A DNA stretch of 64,000 nucleotides from Polyangiales bacterium (GTDB lineage: Bacteria > Myxococcota_A > Polyangia > Polyangiales > JADJQN01): contig CAXNJO010000014.1 of the NCBI GenBank assembly GCA_964202905.1, positions 20,844 through 84,843 of the forward strand, read 5' to 3'. Under the pieces are notes generated by a model, which worked only from the letters and a program-made list of their open reading frames with translations, had not been told where the DNA came from and ran no database searches. The position numbers were made by a program, and so were the translations under genes. Positions 22,677 through 35,615 of the stretch are shown piece after piece. The number at the start of each line of letters is the position of its first letter. The stretch's first letter is position 1.

Positions 22677-23075
22677 TCACTTCTTCGGGCGCTTGACGCC
22701 GTACTTCGAGCGACCCTGGGTACGGTTCGCCTTGTTCGTGTTCGACGGGCCGATGGCGCCCGATGCATCGTGGGGGCCGCGCACGACGTGGTAGCGGCAG
22801 CCGGGGAGGTCCTTCACGCGGCCACCGCGGATCAGGACAACCGAGTGCTCTTGCAGATTGTGACCCTCGCCCGGGATGTAGGTCGTGACTTCGATCTGGT
22901 TCGAAAGTCGGACGCGGGCGACCTTGCGGAGGGCCGAGTTCGGCTTCTTCGGGGTGGTCGTGTAGACGCGCACGCACACGCCGCGCTTCTGCGGGCAGCT
23001 CTCGAGTGCGGGCGACGCCGTCTTGACTCTCACGGCCTGACGGCCCTTGCGCACGAGCTGGTTGATCGTCGGCAT
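22677..23075 (-). CDS. rpsL: 30S ribosomal protein S12
   Basis: [32 protein letters not shown]; start at 23075. Confidence 0.99.
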   Translation of the reverse strand: MPTINQLVRKGRQAVRVKTASPALESCPQKRGVCVRVYTTTPKKPNSALRKVARVRLSNQIEVTTYIPGEGHNLQEHSVVLIRGGRVKDLPGCRYHVVRGPHDASGAIGPSNTNKANRTQGRSKYGVKRPKK

Positions 23076-23226
23076 TCGAAGGTCTTCCTGGGGGCGGGAG
23101 CCGCCGCGGCCCTGATTGCGCAGGGGAACCGGGGCATCAGACTGCGGAGGCGGTCCCAAACGCGGACTACGCCGTGGAGCGAACCGACGCGGGGGTCGGG
23201 AGAGCGCCCGAGCTTCGGGGAGGCGG

Positions 23227-23255
23227 ATGATTACTGCCGTCCGCCAGACTGTCAA
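23227..23255 (-). promoter_or_regulatory. Putative sigma70 promoter of the str operon
   Basis: Perfect TTGACA-17 nt-AATCAT about 150 nt upstream of rpsL. Confidence 0.65.
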
Positions 23256-23397
23256 GATACATTCGTCGTGGAGCGCGGATCAAACGAGCGACCGGAGTCC
23301 GTGGATTGGATCGGAGCGCTTGTGAGCGCAAGCAAAGACGCTTCGCGCACGAGATTTTTTCGGTCGTTGCGCCGCACCTCGGAACCGAACTCATTCT

Positions 23398-24348
23398 TCA
23401 GAAACGGAGCAGGAAGCGAGCGCCGCTGGGGCCAATGCCGAGCGTGGCTGACGCGTCCTGAGGGTCGGCGTCGGGCGGCAATGGGCGGCTGCGGACTCGC
23501 GTTACGGCCGGGACGAAACGGATTTGGGCGTCGATGACGCCGACGACGGCGAGGGTTGCGAGAGCTGCCATCGCGAGCTGGTTGGCGATGCGATATCCGC
23601 GCTCGAGCGCGCTGGCTGCGGCCTGATCGGCGGGCAGGAGCAATGCCCAGGTGCTCGGCGTCGGGAGCGCGTCGTGCAGGAGCTTGAGGGTGATCGCGGC
23701 ACCGGCGAGGGCTCCCCCCCCGACTGCGAGCGCCGCGCCGAGCGCGGCGTGACCATTCTGAAACTGGCCGACTCCGAAGGGGAGCGAGGCCAGCCAGCGG
23801 CTGTGGGTCTCGATCACGGTCTCTCGCATCGCGAGGTTCCGGAGCACTGCGAGACGATCGCTCTCACGCAAGATGCGCGCGGCTTCTGCCGCACGGAGGG
23901 CGGTTTCGGCGCGCTCGACCCGGGCGGCGCGCTCGCGCTCCTCGCGAACGACTCGCGCGCGCACGCGCGTGAATACGACGCGGATTTCGGCCGGAAAGAG
24001 CCCGGAATCGAGTTGGTATTCCGGGTCGACGGCGAGCAGAAGCGCGAACTCGCGCTCGGCCTCGGCAGGGCGCGAGACGAAGAGAAAACCGGCCGCAAGG
24101 TATTTGCGCGCTTCGAGCAGAATGGCGCGGTTGAGACGCTGCGCGGCGTCGCCCGCGAGGAGGCGCTCGAGGCATTCGACGGATTCCGGGTAACGTTGGG
24201 CCTCGTAAAGCGCGCGGGCGGTCTCGAAGTCTGCGAGTTCGTCGGCCTGCGCGGGTGCCGCGAGGCAGGCCGAAGCCACGAGCGCGGTGACCAGCAAGCC
24301 GACCGCACGCGCGACGAGCACAAGGGGCGGGCGAAACGCGACGGTCAC
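23398..24348 (-). CDS. Exported TPR-containing membrane protein
   Basis: GTG overlapping kinase stop; signal peptide (AAPAQA); TPR-like helices (ARALYEAQRY..., ARKYLAAG); C-terminal TM segments (PFGVGQFQNG). Confidence 0.7.
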   Translation of the reverse strand: MTVAFRPPLVLVARAVGLLVTALVASACLAAPAQADELADFETARALYEAQRYPESVECLERLLAGDAAQRLNRAILLEARKYLAAGFLFVSRPAEAEREFALLLAVDPEYQLDSGLFPAEIRVVFTRVRARVVREERERAARVERAETALRAAEAARILRESDRLAVLRNLAMRETVIETHSRWLASLPFGVGQFQNGHAALGAALAVGGGALAGAAITLKLLHDALPTPSTWALLLPADQAAASALERGYRIANQLAMAALATLAVVGVIDAQIRFVPAVTRVRSRPLPPDADPQDASATLGIGPSGARFLLRF

Positions 24349-26192
24349 GGCGGGCTCACGGCGGCGCCGGGAGCAGCCACGGTGACCTCGGTCGAGCGGC
24401 CGGCCTCGAGCTGCACGGTTCGGGTATAGGCGGGATGACCGTCCGCTGTCACGGTGATCGTGACGCGGGGCGCGAGTTCGCGGACCGGTACGCGCAGCAG
24501 GCTCCACGCAGCGCCGATGGCCTGACCGTCGATGGCCACGCGCGCGCCCTCGAGGCCGATCGCCCGCACGAAGAGCTGCGCAGGCTTGAGCGCGAGAGCC
24601 TCCGCGACCCGGAACGGCGTGTCACCTGGCGGGACGAGGCGCTCGAAACGGCTCTCGGCGCAGCAGGCCTCATTCGCGAAGACGAAGGTGTGCGGGCCGA
24701 CCGCGATCGTCTCGCCCGCGTAGCTCGGACCGAACGGCCGCGGCGGGCGACCATCGACGGAGATCGAGACATCGACGGGGGTCGGCGCGAAGACGACGCG
24801 ACGCTCGCCAACTGGGGGGACGACCGACTCCGGCGTCGCCCGCGCGAAGCGCTGCGCCACCCGCGGCCCGGCCTGCGCGGGGCCGGCGTCGAGCGTCGCC
24901 CGAGAGACGGTTGGGGTGGGCGATGCGGCGTCGGACGCGGGTGGCGACGCGGCGATGCGCCCCGCGGTCGAGCCATCGACGACGCGCGACGAGGCGTCGG
25001 CGGCAGCGGATCGGGGCGCCGGCGACGGCGGGACACGGGAGATCGCTGCGGGAGGCTTCGTCGACAACGTGAGCGCAGCGACGCCCATGCCGACGCCCGC
25101 GAGAGCGAGCGCCGCGATCGCGCCATGCAGCGCGCCCCGGCGCCAACGGGCGCGACGGCTCGCACGGGACGAGAGCGCGAGCGCTCGAGCGTTGCCGTCG
25201 TCGAGCGCGAGCACACGGTCGAGGTAAGGTGTCGCGCGCTGCGGTTCGCCGCGGTCGAGGGACGCCTCGGCGCGGTCGGCGAGGATCGTGATGGCGCGGA
25301 GGCGCAGGGACTCGGCCGCGCCATCCGGATCGGCCAGGTACGCGACCAGCGCCGCCCCGGGATCGTCGAGGCCGATCTCCGCGACGAACGCCGCGAGTTC
25401 CGCCTGCACGGCGCCCGCATCCGCATGACGATCGGCGGGGTCGCGCGCGAGCAGCGTGTGCAGGATGCCGGCGAGCCGCGCGCCGATCGAGGGGCGCACG
25501 CGGAGCGGGTCCACATAGGCGCCATCGACGATTCTCTTGAGGATCGCGTGCGGGTTCCGCCCCGTGAAGGGCAGCGTGCCGGTCGCGAGGTAGTAGAGCA
25601 CCGTCCCGAGGGCGAAGAGATCGGCGCGCGCGTCGCACTCGCGGCCCTCGACCTGCTCGGGCGCCATGTGGCCGGGCGAGCCGAGCACCTGACCCGTCGC
25701 CGTCATCGACTGCGCGTCGACCATCTGTGCGATGCCGAAGTCCGTGAGCTTGATGACGCGGTTCTCGTGGAGCAGGACGTTCTCGGGCTTCACGTCGCGG
25801 TGCACGATGCCGTTCGCGTGCGCGACCTCCAGCGCGCGGGCGATCTCCCACGCGAAGCACGCAGCGATCTCGGCGGGGAGCGCGGCTTGCTCCTCGACGT
25901 AGCGCTTCAGCGTCGGGCCAGTGAGCAGCTCGGTGGCGATGAACGACTCGGGCGAGTCCTCGCCGCTGTAATCGTAGATCTCCAGGATGTTGGGGTGCTT
26001 GAGCCGCGCGACGGTCCGCGCCTCGCGTGTGAAGCGCGCGCGGGCCTCGCGGGCGCCGCGGAGGTGCGGGTGCATGATCTTCACGGCCACCGCGCGGTCG
26101 AGCCGGGTGTCGCGGGCGCGAAAGACCGTCGCCATGCCGCCGTGGCCGAGTTCCTCCTCGATGTCGTACTTCTCGAGCTTGCGGAGGGTCAC
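24345..26192 (-). CDS. Membrane-anchored Ser/Thr protein kinase (Hanks type) with PEGA-like extracellular region
   Basis: LGHGGMATV, VAVK, HRDVKPEN, DFG, APE; TM helix; Pro/Ala linker; beta-rich C-terminus. Confidence 0.93.
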   Translation of the reverse strand: MTLRKLEKYDIEEELGHGGMATVFRARDTRLDRAVAVKIMHPHLRGAREARARFTREARTVARLKHPNILEIYDYSGEDSPESFIATELLTGPTLKRYVEEQAALPAEIAACFAWEIARALEVAHANGIVHRDVKPENVLLHENRVIKLTDFGIAQMVDAQSMTATGQVLGSPGHMAPEQVEGRECDARADLFALGTVLYYLATGTLPFTGRNPHAILKRIVDGAYVDPLRVRPSIGARLAGILHTLLARDPADRHADAGAVQAELAAFVAEIGLDDPGAALVAYLADPDGAAESLRLRAITILADRAEASLDRGEPQRATPYLDRVLALDDGNARALALSSRASRRARWRRGALHGAIAALALAGVGMGVAALTLSTKPPAAISRVPPSPAPRSAAADASSRVVDGSTAGRIAASPPASDAASPTPTVSRATLDAGPAQAGPRVAQRFARATPESVVPPVGERRVVFAPTPVDVSISVDGRPPRPFGPSYAGETIAVGPHTFVFANEACCAESRFERLVPPGDTPFRVAEALALKPAQLFVRAIGLEGARVAIDGQAIGAAWSLLRVPVRELAPRVTITVTADGHPAYTRTVQLEAGRSTEVTVAAPGAAVSPP

Positions 26193-26303
26193 TCGGGCCT
26201 GGGGGTTCGCCTCGTGCGAGGATAGGCAGCCCCCGCCGCGAGGACAAGCTGCACGACCCGAAGGCGGGCGCCGGCGCCCGCGGAGCGGTATGGTCGCGCC
26301 GGC

Positions 26304-27656
26304 ATGGTGGTCGAGCGCCTCTCGCTTCCCTCCGCGGAGCACGCCGCACGCGCCCTCGCGGCGCGACCCGGGCTCGCGTGGCTGGACGGAGACGGGAGCC
26401 CCGGCGAGGGTCGCTTCTCGTACGTGGCGAGCGACCCCGTCGAGCGCTGCGTCCGCACGCTCGCCGACCCGGCGCCGCTCTCCGCGATGCGCACGCTCGG
26501 ACCCGGCGCGGGCGGCCACGACGACGCACCGGACGGGACGCCGCGCACGCCACGCTGGATCGGTTACCTCGCCTACGATGCGGCCTGGGCAGGGCCCGGG
26601 GGCGCCCATCGGCATGCGCGTATCACGCGCGATTCAGGCGATTTCGCCCTTTGTTTCAGCCGTTTCGACGCGGTCGTCGCGTTCTGCCATGCGTCCGGCG
26701 AGGCGTGGATTGTCGGGGATGATACCGACGCCTGCGCACGGTTGCGGGCCCGACTCGCGGCTGCGGAGACGACCGACATCGGATTCACAGTCGATACGCT
26801 CGAGGTGCCCGTGGGTGGTGCGCACCTCGAGGCCGTGGAGCGCGCGCTTGCGCTCATCGCGGCCGGCGACCTCTATCAGGTCAACCTCGCGCGGCGCTGG
26901 ACGGCTGCTCTCCGAGGCCGCGATCCGCGCGGCGCGGCGCTCGGTCTCTACCTCGCGATGCGCCGGGCCAGCCCGGTGCCGCTCGGCGCCTTCCTCGACG
27001 CGGGCGACCACAGGGTGCTCGCGCGCACGATGGAGCGCTTCCTCGACTGGGACGGCGGAACCCTCCGCACACGACCGATCAAGGGCACCGTCGCGCGCAC
27101 CGGGCGCACCGACGCGGCCGACTCCGCGGCGCTCCGCGGTGACGCGAAAGAACTCGCCGAGCACGCGATGATCGTGGACCTCATGCGCAACGATCTCGGC
27201 CGCCTCGCGGTCACCGGGAGCGTCCGCGTGCCGCAGCTGCTCGAGGTCGAGCCCTACGCGGGGCTGTCGCACCTCGTGTCGACGGTCGAGTGCCGGACGC
27301 GGCCCGGGGTGCGCCTCGACGAGGTGCTCGAGGCGACGTTTCCGCCGGGCAGCGTCACGGGCGCGCCGAAGATCCGGGCCATGGAGGTCATCGAGACGCT
27401 CGAGCCGGTGGCGCGCGGGGTTTACTGCGGCGCGCTCGGTTTCGTCGATCGACAGGGCGGGCTCTCGCTCGCGGTGGCCATCCGCACGGCGGTCGCGCGC
27501 GCGGGGCAGGTCGTCTACCACGCAGGCGGCGGCCTCGTCATGGCGAGCCAGCCCGCGCGGGAGCTCGCGGAGACGGAGCTGAAAGCGCGCGCGTTCCTCG
27601 ACGCGGCCTGCGCGCCCCCTCCCCCCGAAGAGGCGGAGCGCAGCCGGCCACGCTGA
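26304..27656 (+). CDS. pabB: Aminodeoxychorismate/anthranilate synthase component I family (PabB-like)
   Basis: GDLYQVNL, TRPIKGT, AEHAMIVDLMRNDLGR, FPPGSVTGAPKIRAM, IRT. Confidence 0.85.
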   Translation: MVVERLSLPSAEHAARALAARPGLAWLDGDGSPGEGRFSYVASDPVERCVRTLADPAPLSAMRTLGPGAGGHDDAPDGTPRTPRWIGYLAYDAAWAGPGGAHRHARITRDSGDFALCFSRFDAVVAFCHASGEAWIVGDDTDACARLRARLAAAETTDIGFTVDTLEVPVGGAHLEAVERALALIAAGDLYQVNLARRWTAALRGRDPRGAALGLYLAMRRASPVPLGAFLDAGDHRVLARTMERFLDWDGGTLRTRPIKGTVARTGRTDAADSAALRGDAKELAEHAMIVDLMRNDLGRLAVTGSVRVPQLLEVEPYAGLSHLVSTVECRTRPGVRLDEVLEATFPPGSVTGAPKIRAMEVIETLEPVARGVYCGALGFVDRQGGLSLAVAIRTAVARAGQVVYHAGGGLVMASQPARELAETELKARAFLDAACAPPPPEEAERSRPR

Positions 27657-27662
27657 GCGCGG

Positions 27663-29484
<1,822 letters not shown>

Positions 29485-29598
29485 GTGGGGCGCGGAGGGG
29501 TGACACGGTCCCCCCCGTCGGGCAACCGGAGGCGCCGCGCGGTGGGGCGGAGGGGACAAGCGCAGGAGCACGCGCGGAGCGTGTGGTAGCTTCAGGAC

Positions 29599-30516
29599 GT
29601 GACGACGCGGGCCCAGCCCGGGGAAGACCCGATGGGGACGACGATGCGCCTCGACGGCCCGGGCGACCTGCGCGCGCAGGTGCTGCAGGCGGTCCGCGAG
29701 AAGCACCGCCCGGCGCTCGTCGTGCTGACGGGCGCGGACGTCGGCGCGCGCTACCTCCTCGATCGCACGACGATCGTGGGCCGCGATCCGCAGGCCGGGA
29801 TCGTGTTCGGGGACGCGGGCGTCTCGTTCCGTCACGCGCGCTTCGAGGACCGCGGCGACGCGTGGGCCGTGGTCGATCTCGGCAGCACGAACGGCACGCA
29901 CGTCAACGGACTGCGCGTGAACGAGGCCGTGCTCGCCCCGGGCGACCGGGTGACGCTCGGCGTGACCGTCGTGCGCTTCGAGGTGCAGGACGCGCTCGAT
30001 CAGCAGTACGATCACGTGCTCGATCGCCTGCTCAACGTCGACGAGCTCTCGGGGCTCTTCGTGCGACGGAAGTTCGATCGCGAGCTGCGCGCGCTCATCG
30101 ACGCGGCGCGCTTCGACGGCGCGCCGGTGGGCCTGCTCGTGATGGACCTCGACGGCGTGAAAGCCATCAACGACGCCAACGGCCACCTCTTCGGCGCCTA
30201 CGCGATCGGGGAGAGCGGGCGCGTGATCGGCACCGTGCTCGGCGACCGCGGCATCGCCTCGCGCTTCGGCGGGGACGAGTTCGTCGCGGCGGTCCCCGGC
30301 GCGGACCTCGCGCGGACGGAGGCCCTCGGCGAAGAGATCCGCGCAGCGATCGCGGCGCAACCGTTCGTGCGGGACGGCGTCACGCTGCATCCGGGTATCT
30401 CGGTGGGCGTGGCCTCGCTGCCGGAGAGCGCGACCGATCCGGATTCGCTGTTCCGCGTCGCGGACGGGGCGCTCTACCGCGCGAAGAACGCCGGCAAAAA
30501 CCGCGTCTCGCGCTGA
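29599..30516 (+). CDS. FHA-domain diguanylate cyclase (FHA-GGDEF)
   Basis: FHA motifs VGRD, VSFRHA, STNGT; DLDGVKAINDANGH, RFGGDEF, ALYRAKNAGKNR. Confidence 0.92.
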   Translation: MTTRAQPGEDPMGTTMRLDGPGDLRAQVLQAVREKHRPALVVLTGADVGARYLLDRTTIVGRDPQAGIVFGDAGVSFRHARFEDRGDAWAVVDLGSTNGTHVNGLRVNEAVLAPGDRVTLGVTVVRFEVQDALDQQYDHVLDRLLNVDELSGLFVRRKFDRELRALIDAARFDGAPVGLLVMDLDGVKAINDANGHLFGAYAIGESGRVIGTVLGDRGIASRFGGDEFVAAVPGADLARTEALGEEIRAAIAAQPFVRDGVTLHPGISVGVASLPESATDPDSLFRVADGALYRAKNAGKNRVSR

Positions 30517-30520
30517 GTCG

Positions 30521-31438
30521 TCAGGGGCGAAAGGCGAGGTGGTAGAGCGTCGCGGCGTCGCCCTCGGCGACGGTGTAGAGGCCGTATCCGTCGCGCTCGA
30601 AGGCGATCGCCTCCGCCGCGGAGCCCGCCATCGCCGCCACGAAAGGCCGCGAAAACAGCGTGTCGAGAGTGGCAGCGGGCGGCACCGTCCACGCTCGGAC
30701 GAGGCGGTAGCCGCGGACGACGACGCGCGTGCCATCGCCGCTCATGTCCGCCGCGGTGGCGAGCGCGAGGTCGATCACGCCCGCGGGCGAGAGGGTCACG
30801 GTCGTGCCCGGCGCGAGCGGCGCGCGCGCCACGAAGACGGGCGCGGGCGAGGACGACTTGGTGACGAGGTAGACGTCGCCCGAGCGCGGGTCGACGAACA
30901 CCGCCTCGCAGTCGAAGGGGCGATCCGGGTAGACGAGGTCGATGCGCTCGGCGCGCAACGTCGCGTCCCCGGCGGCGGGGTCGGGCTCGGCGACGCGGTA
31001 GAGCTGCACGGCCGCGCGGCCGCTCGCGCCGTCCGTCTCGCGCGCGGCGTTGTCCCCGACGTCGGCCACGTAGAGGCGCGCGCCATCGGCCGCGACGTCG
31101 AGCGCGAGGTCCTCCCAGTCCACGTTCGACGCGCCCTCGACGGTGTACGTCGCGCGCCGCGCGCCCCGCAGGTCGAGGGCGTGAAGCACGGCGGGGTTGC
31201 CCGAGTCGTTGACCGCCCAGAGCAGGTCCGCGTGACTGCGGCTCGCGACGAGCCCCGAGAGTTCGGGCAGGCCGCTCGCAGGGAGCCTCCCCACGGCCTC
31301 GGGCACCGCGTAGCGCGGCCCGCCGGCGTCGGGCCCCGCGTCGGCGTCGGCTGCGCCTGCGTCGGGGCCCGGGGTACCTGCCGATTCCGCGCAGGCGGCG
31401 AGCGAGGCGAGGCCGAACACGGCAGCGGTCAGGCGCAT
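30521..31438 (-). CDS. Putative lipoprotein, beta-propeller-like
   Basis: Lipobox LAAC; ELSGL, WAVNDSG, DWEDLA, LYVADVGDN, DCEAV repeats. Confidence 0.7.
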   Translation of the reverse strand: MRLTAAVFGLASLAACAESAGTPGPDAGAADADAGPDAGGPRYAVPEAVGRLPASGLPELSGLVASRSHADLLWAVNDSGNPAVLHALDLRGARRATYTVEGASNVDWEDLALDVAADGARLYVADVGDNAARETDGASGRAAVQLYRVAEPDPAAGDATLRAERIDLVYPDRPFDCEAVFVDPRSGDVYLVTKSSSPAPVFVARAPLAPGTTVTLSPAGVIDLALATAADMSGDGTRVVVRGYRLVRAWTVPPAATLDTLFSRPFVAAMAGSAAEAIAFERDGYGLYTVAEGDAATLYHLAFRP

Positions 31439-31448
31439 CGCGGCGATG

Positions 31449-32237
31449 CTACGCGACCGACGTCCGCCGCGCGACGCGCGCGGCCGCCAACGCAGGCGGC
31501 ACGCCAGCCGGGGCTGGGACGACGATGTAGCCGCCTTCCCGGTCGCCGAGCACTTCGTTGCGCGCGGGCCCCCAGCGCCACCAGTGCGCGCCGACGTAGG
31601 CGCAGACGACGGCGTCGAGCTGGTCCTCGACCTGCTTGAGCGGCGCGCCGCCCCCGCGCGCCGGAAGCGCGGGCAGCGAGAGGGGCGTGCGCAGGCGCGG
31701 CTCGTCCTCGACGAGGTGCGTGTCGATGAGCGCGCGGAGGCGCTCGAGCCCGGCGCGGCGCTCGGCGACGGGGCCCTTCTTGTAGCGGAGGATCGTCGGC
31801 AGCCCGAAGAGCCGCAGCATCGCGGGGTGCGGGAAGCACTCGATCTGGTACCGACCCGCGGCGCGCGCCTCGATCGTCGGGGCGTGCGCGAAGCCACGCG
31901 CCTCGAGCGCAGCGCCGAGCGCGAGGGTGCTCGCGGCGAAGGGGAGCCCGCGGTTCGCCGGGTACGCCCCCGCGTGCTGCCGCCCAAAGCGCGCGTGCGT
32001 GAGCTTGTCCGCGACGCGCATGGAGACGCCCTCGGGGATGATCGTCGGCGCATCGACCGCGACGAGCGCGGGCTCGTCCGCCGACACGCGCGCATCGAGC
32101 CACGCGAGGACCGCCTCCGTCGACGGGAGCGCGCGGACCTCGATGAGCGCGAGCGTCGTCCCCGCGTCGTCGGTCTCGAGGAGCGCTACGCCGCTCTCGC
32201 CGCGCATCCAGCCGAAGTCGAGCCCGACGAACTTCAT
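31449..32237 (-). CDS. DUF429 family protein (RNase H-like fold)
   Basis: MKFVGLDFGW, VAVDAP, ECFPHPA, LRYKKG, EDQLDAVVCA. Confidence 0.85.
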   Translation of the reverse strand: MKFVGLDFGWMRGESGVALLETDDAGTTLALIEVRALPSTEAVLAWLDARVSADEPALVAVDAPTIIPEGVSMRVADKLTHARFGRQHAGAYPANRGLPFAASTLALGAALEARGFAHAPTIEARAAGRYQIECFPHPAMLRLFGLPTILRYKKGPVAERRAGLERLRALIDTHLVEDEPRLRTPLSLPALPARGGGAPLKQVEDQLDAVVCAYVGAHWWRWGPARNEVLGDREGGYIVVPAPAGVPPALAAARVARRTSVA

Positions 32238-32349
32238 CGCGGTGTCATGTGGGGTCGCGCGGCAGGCACAGCGACTCTGGAGAAACCTCCGTGAATGTGG
32301 TGAGATCACACTTCGCGCGCGGCGCGGCCGCAGGCTACCGTCGCGGCCC

Positions 32350-34032
32350 GTGAACGCCCTGCGCCCTCTCCCGCCGCTGCGCGCGCTGCACCGGTCTTCC
32401 GCGCGGCGGCTGCGGGGCGCACTCGCGGCCGTGGTCCTCGCCGTGACCGGCTGCACCGGGCAGGTGCGGAGCCGCGCCCCGCTCGCCGCGGACGCGGGCA
32501 TCGCGGAGGGCGGCGTGGGCGTGGACGCGGCGGCGCCCGATCTCGGGGTGCGCGCGGATCTCGGCACGTCCGCGGACCTCGGCGTGCGTGCCGACCTGGG
32601 CGCGCCGCGTGACCTCGGCGGCGCGGACGCCGCGACGTCGATGGACCTCGGACCTGGGCCCGACGCAGCGCCGCCCACGGGCACCGGACGCCTGCGCGAA
32701 GGCGTGACGCTGAGCGGCCTCGCGCTCTTCCAGGGCACGCGGATCGGGCTCGCGGCGGGCGGCCTCGTGACCACGACGCGCAACGCGCCGATCGTGGCGC
32801 AGCGCGACGCGCTCGTGCGCGCCTACGTCACCGTGACCGCGCCGACGACGGTGACGGGCGAGCTCGAGATCCGCGAGAGCGGGCGCGTGGTCGCGATCCA
32901 CACGGACACACGCGCGATCGCCCGCAGCTCGCGCGACGACGACCCGACCTCGGTGCTCGAGTTTCGCGTGCCCGCGGCGCAGCTCACGACGACGGCGAGC
33001 CTCGTCGCGCGGCTCGTCGATCCCGCCGGGACGCCCGAGACCGCCGCGCCGCACCCCGCGCGTCTGCCGCGCGACGGCGCCGGCCTCGCGATGGGCGCCG
33101 AGGACGACGGCGCCGGGCTCACGCTCGTGCTCGTCCCGCTGCGCTGGGACACGGACCGGAGCGGGCGCCTCCCCAACACCTCGGACGCGTGGATCGCGCA
33201 GGTGCGGGCGCTGCTGCTCGCGCTCTATCCGCTCGTCGACGTGCGGATCACGGTGCATGCGCCCGTCGCCTGGTCCGACCCGCTGACGCTCTTCGGGAAC
33301 GTGGATTTCGGCGACATCAACGCGATGTTGCGGGATCTGCGCGTGTCCGACGGCGCATCGAACGCCGCGTACTACTACGCGCTCGTCGCGCCCGCGGCCT
33401 CGTACACCGCGTATTGCGGGGGTTCGTGCGTGACCGGGCAGAGCTACGTCGTCGATGATCCGGCGGATGGCACGTTCCGCGTCGGCAGCGGCGTGGACTT
33501 CGGCAGCGAGGATTCGGCGTGGACGCTCGCGCACGAGCTCGGTCACGAGTTCGGCCGCTACCACGCGCCGTGCGACACCTCGGGCGCGGACGGCGCGTAT
33601 CCCTACGCGGGCGGCGACATCGGTACGTGGGGCTGGGACGTGCGCGACGGCGCGTTCCAGGCGCCCGGCGCGACGACGGATTTCATGGGCTATTGCGCCC
33701 CAACCTGGATCAGCGATTACACGTGGTCGGCGCTCTTCGCGCGCACGCTCGCGACGAGCGCGCTCTCGAGGCGGACGCCGACGGCGACGCTGCTCGTGCG
33801 GCTCGGCGCTGAAAGCGGGGCGATCGTCGAGGGGCTCCGCACGCTCGTGCCGCCGCGCACACGCGCGCGCATCGAGTACGCGTGGCTCGCGGGGTCCCGC
33901 ACGCTGCCGGGTGGCACCGCGCCCGTGGTGACACAGTCGCACTCCGACGAGCGCCTCGTCGTGCTGCCCGCGCCGCCGCCCGACGCGGACGCCGTGCGCG
34001 TCGACGGAATCACCGTCTCGTTCGCGCGCTGA
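32350..34032 (+). CDS. Secreted/lipoprotein metzincin zinc metalloprotease (M66-like)
   Basis: Lipobox VTGC; ADLG-repeat linker; HELGHEFGRYH (HExxHxxGxxH); DFMGY Met-turn. Confidence 0.8.
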   Translation: MNALRPLPPLRALHRSSARRLRGALAAVVLAVTGCTGQVRSRAPLAADAGIAEGGVGVDAAAPDLGVRADLGTSADLGVRADLGAPRDLGGADAATSMDLGPGPDAAPPTGTGRLREGVTLSGLALFQGTRIGLAAGGLVTTTRNAPIVAQRDALVRAYVTVTAPTTVTGELEIRESGRVVAIHTDTRAIARSSRDDDPTSVLEFRVPAAQLTTTASLVARLVDPAGTPETAAPHPARLPRDGAGLAMGAEDDGAGLTLVLVPLRWDTDRSGRLPNTSDAWIAQVRALLLALYPLVDVRITVHAPVAWSDPLTLFGNVDFGDINAMLRDLRVSDGASNAAYYYALVAPAASYTAYCGGSCVTGQSYVVDDPADGTFRVGSGVDFGSEDSAWTLAHELGHEFGRYHAPCDTSGADGAYPYAGGDIGTWGWDVRDGAFQAPGATTDFMGYCAPTWISDYTWSALFARTLATSALSRRTPTATLLVRLGAESGAIVEGLRTLVPPRTRARIEYAWLAGSRTLPGGTAPVVTQSHSDERLVVLPAPPPDADAVRVDGITVSFAR

Positions 34033-34083
34033 CCGTCCGCACGCAGACACGCCGCCGCGCAGCGCACGCGCGGCGCGCCGCGA

Positions 34084-34805
<722 letters not shown>

Positions 34806-34809
<4 letters not shown>

Positions 34810-35615
34810 GCGTGCGTCCCCGCGGCCGCGCCCGCTTCATCGGCGCGCACGTCCGCGCCGAGATAGGCGCGCAGCACCTCGGGGTGGTTGCGCACGTGGT
34901 CGGGGGTGCCGTCGGCGATGGTCTCGCCGTGATCGACGCAGTGCACGTGATCGCAGACGTTCATCACGACCTGCATGTTGTGCTCGACGAGGACGACCGT
35001 GAGACCGAGCGAGTCGCGCAGCCAGCGGATCTGCTCTTTGAGCTTGTCGGCCTCGCTCGAGTTGAGCCCGGCGGCGGGCTCGTCGAGGAGGATGAGCTTC
35101 GGGTCGAGCATCAGCGCACGCGCGATCTCGAGGCGACGCTGCGCGCCGTAGGGCAGCGAGCCCGCGTCCTCGTCGCGCTGCGCGAGCAGGCCGAAGAGCT
35201 CGAGCAGCTCCTCGGCGCGCTTCACCATCGCGCGCTCCTCCGCCGCGTAGCGCGCGGTGCGCAGGATCGCGCCGAAGAGCCCCGCACGCCGCCGCTGGAA
35301 GGAGGCGACGAGCACGTTCTCGAGCACGCTCATCTCGCCGGCGATGCGGATGTTCTGGAAGGTGCGGGCGATGCCGGCGCGCGCGATGCGGAAGGGCTTC
35401 CAGCCGCCGATCGACTCACCACCGAAGGCGATGGTGCCGCCATCGGGCGCGTAGACGCCGGTGACGACGTTGAAGAGCGTCGTCTTGCCGGCGCCGTTCG
35501 GGCCGATGAGGCCGTAGATCTGCTTCTCGCGGACCTCGAACGAGACGCCGCCGATCGCGCGCAGGCCGCCGAAGACCTTCTCGACGCCCTGGAGGCGCAG
35601 CAGCGGGGCGCTCAC
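34806..35615 (-). CDS. livG: Branched-chain amino acid ABC transporter ATPase
   Basis: GPNGAGKTT, ARTFQNIR, LPYGAQRRLEIARAL, LDEPAAG; GTG at 35615 overlapping livM stop. Confidence 0.93.

Noticed and set aside
32538..32650. 18-bp ADLG-type tandem repeats
   Set aside because: In-frame low-complexity linker of the metalloprotease with no unique spacers; not CRISPR
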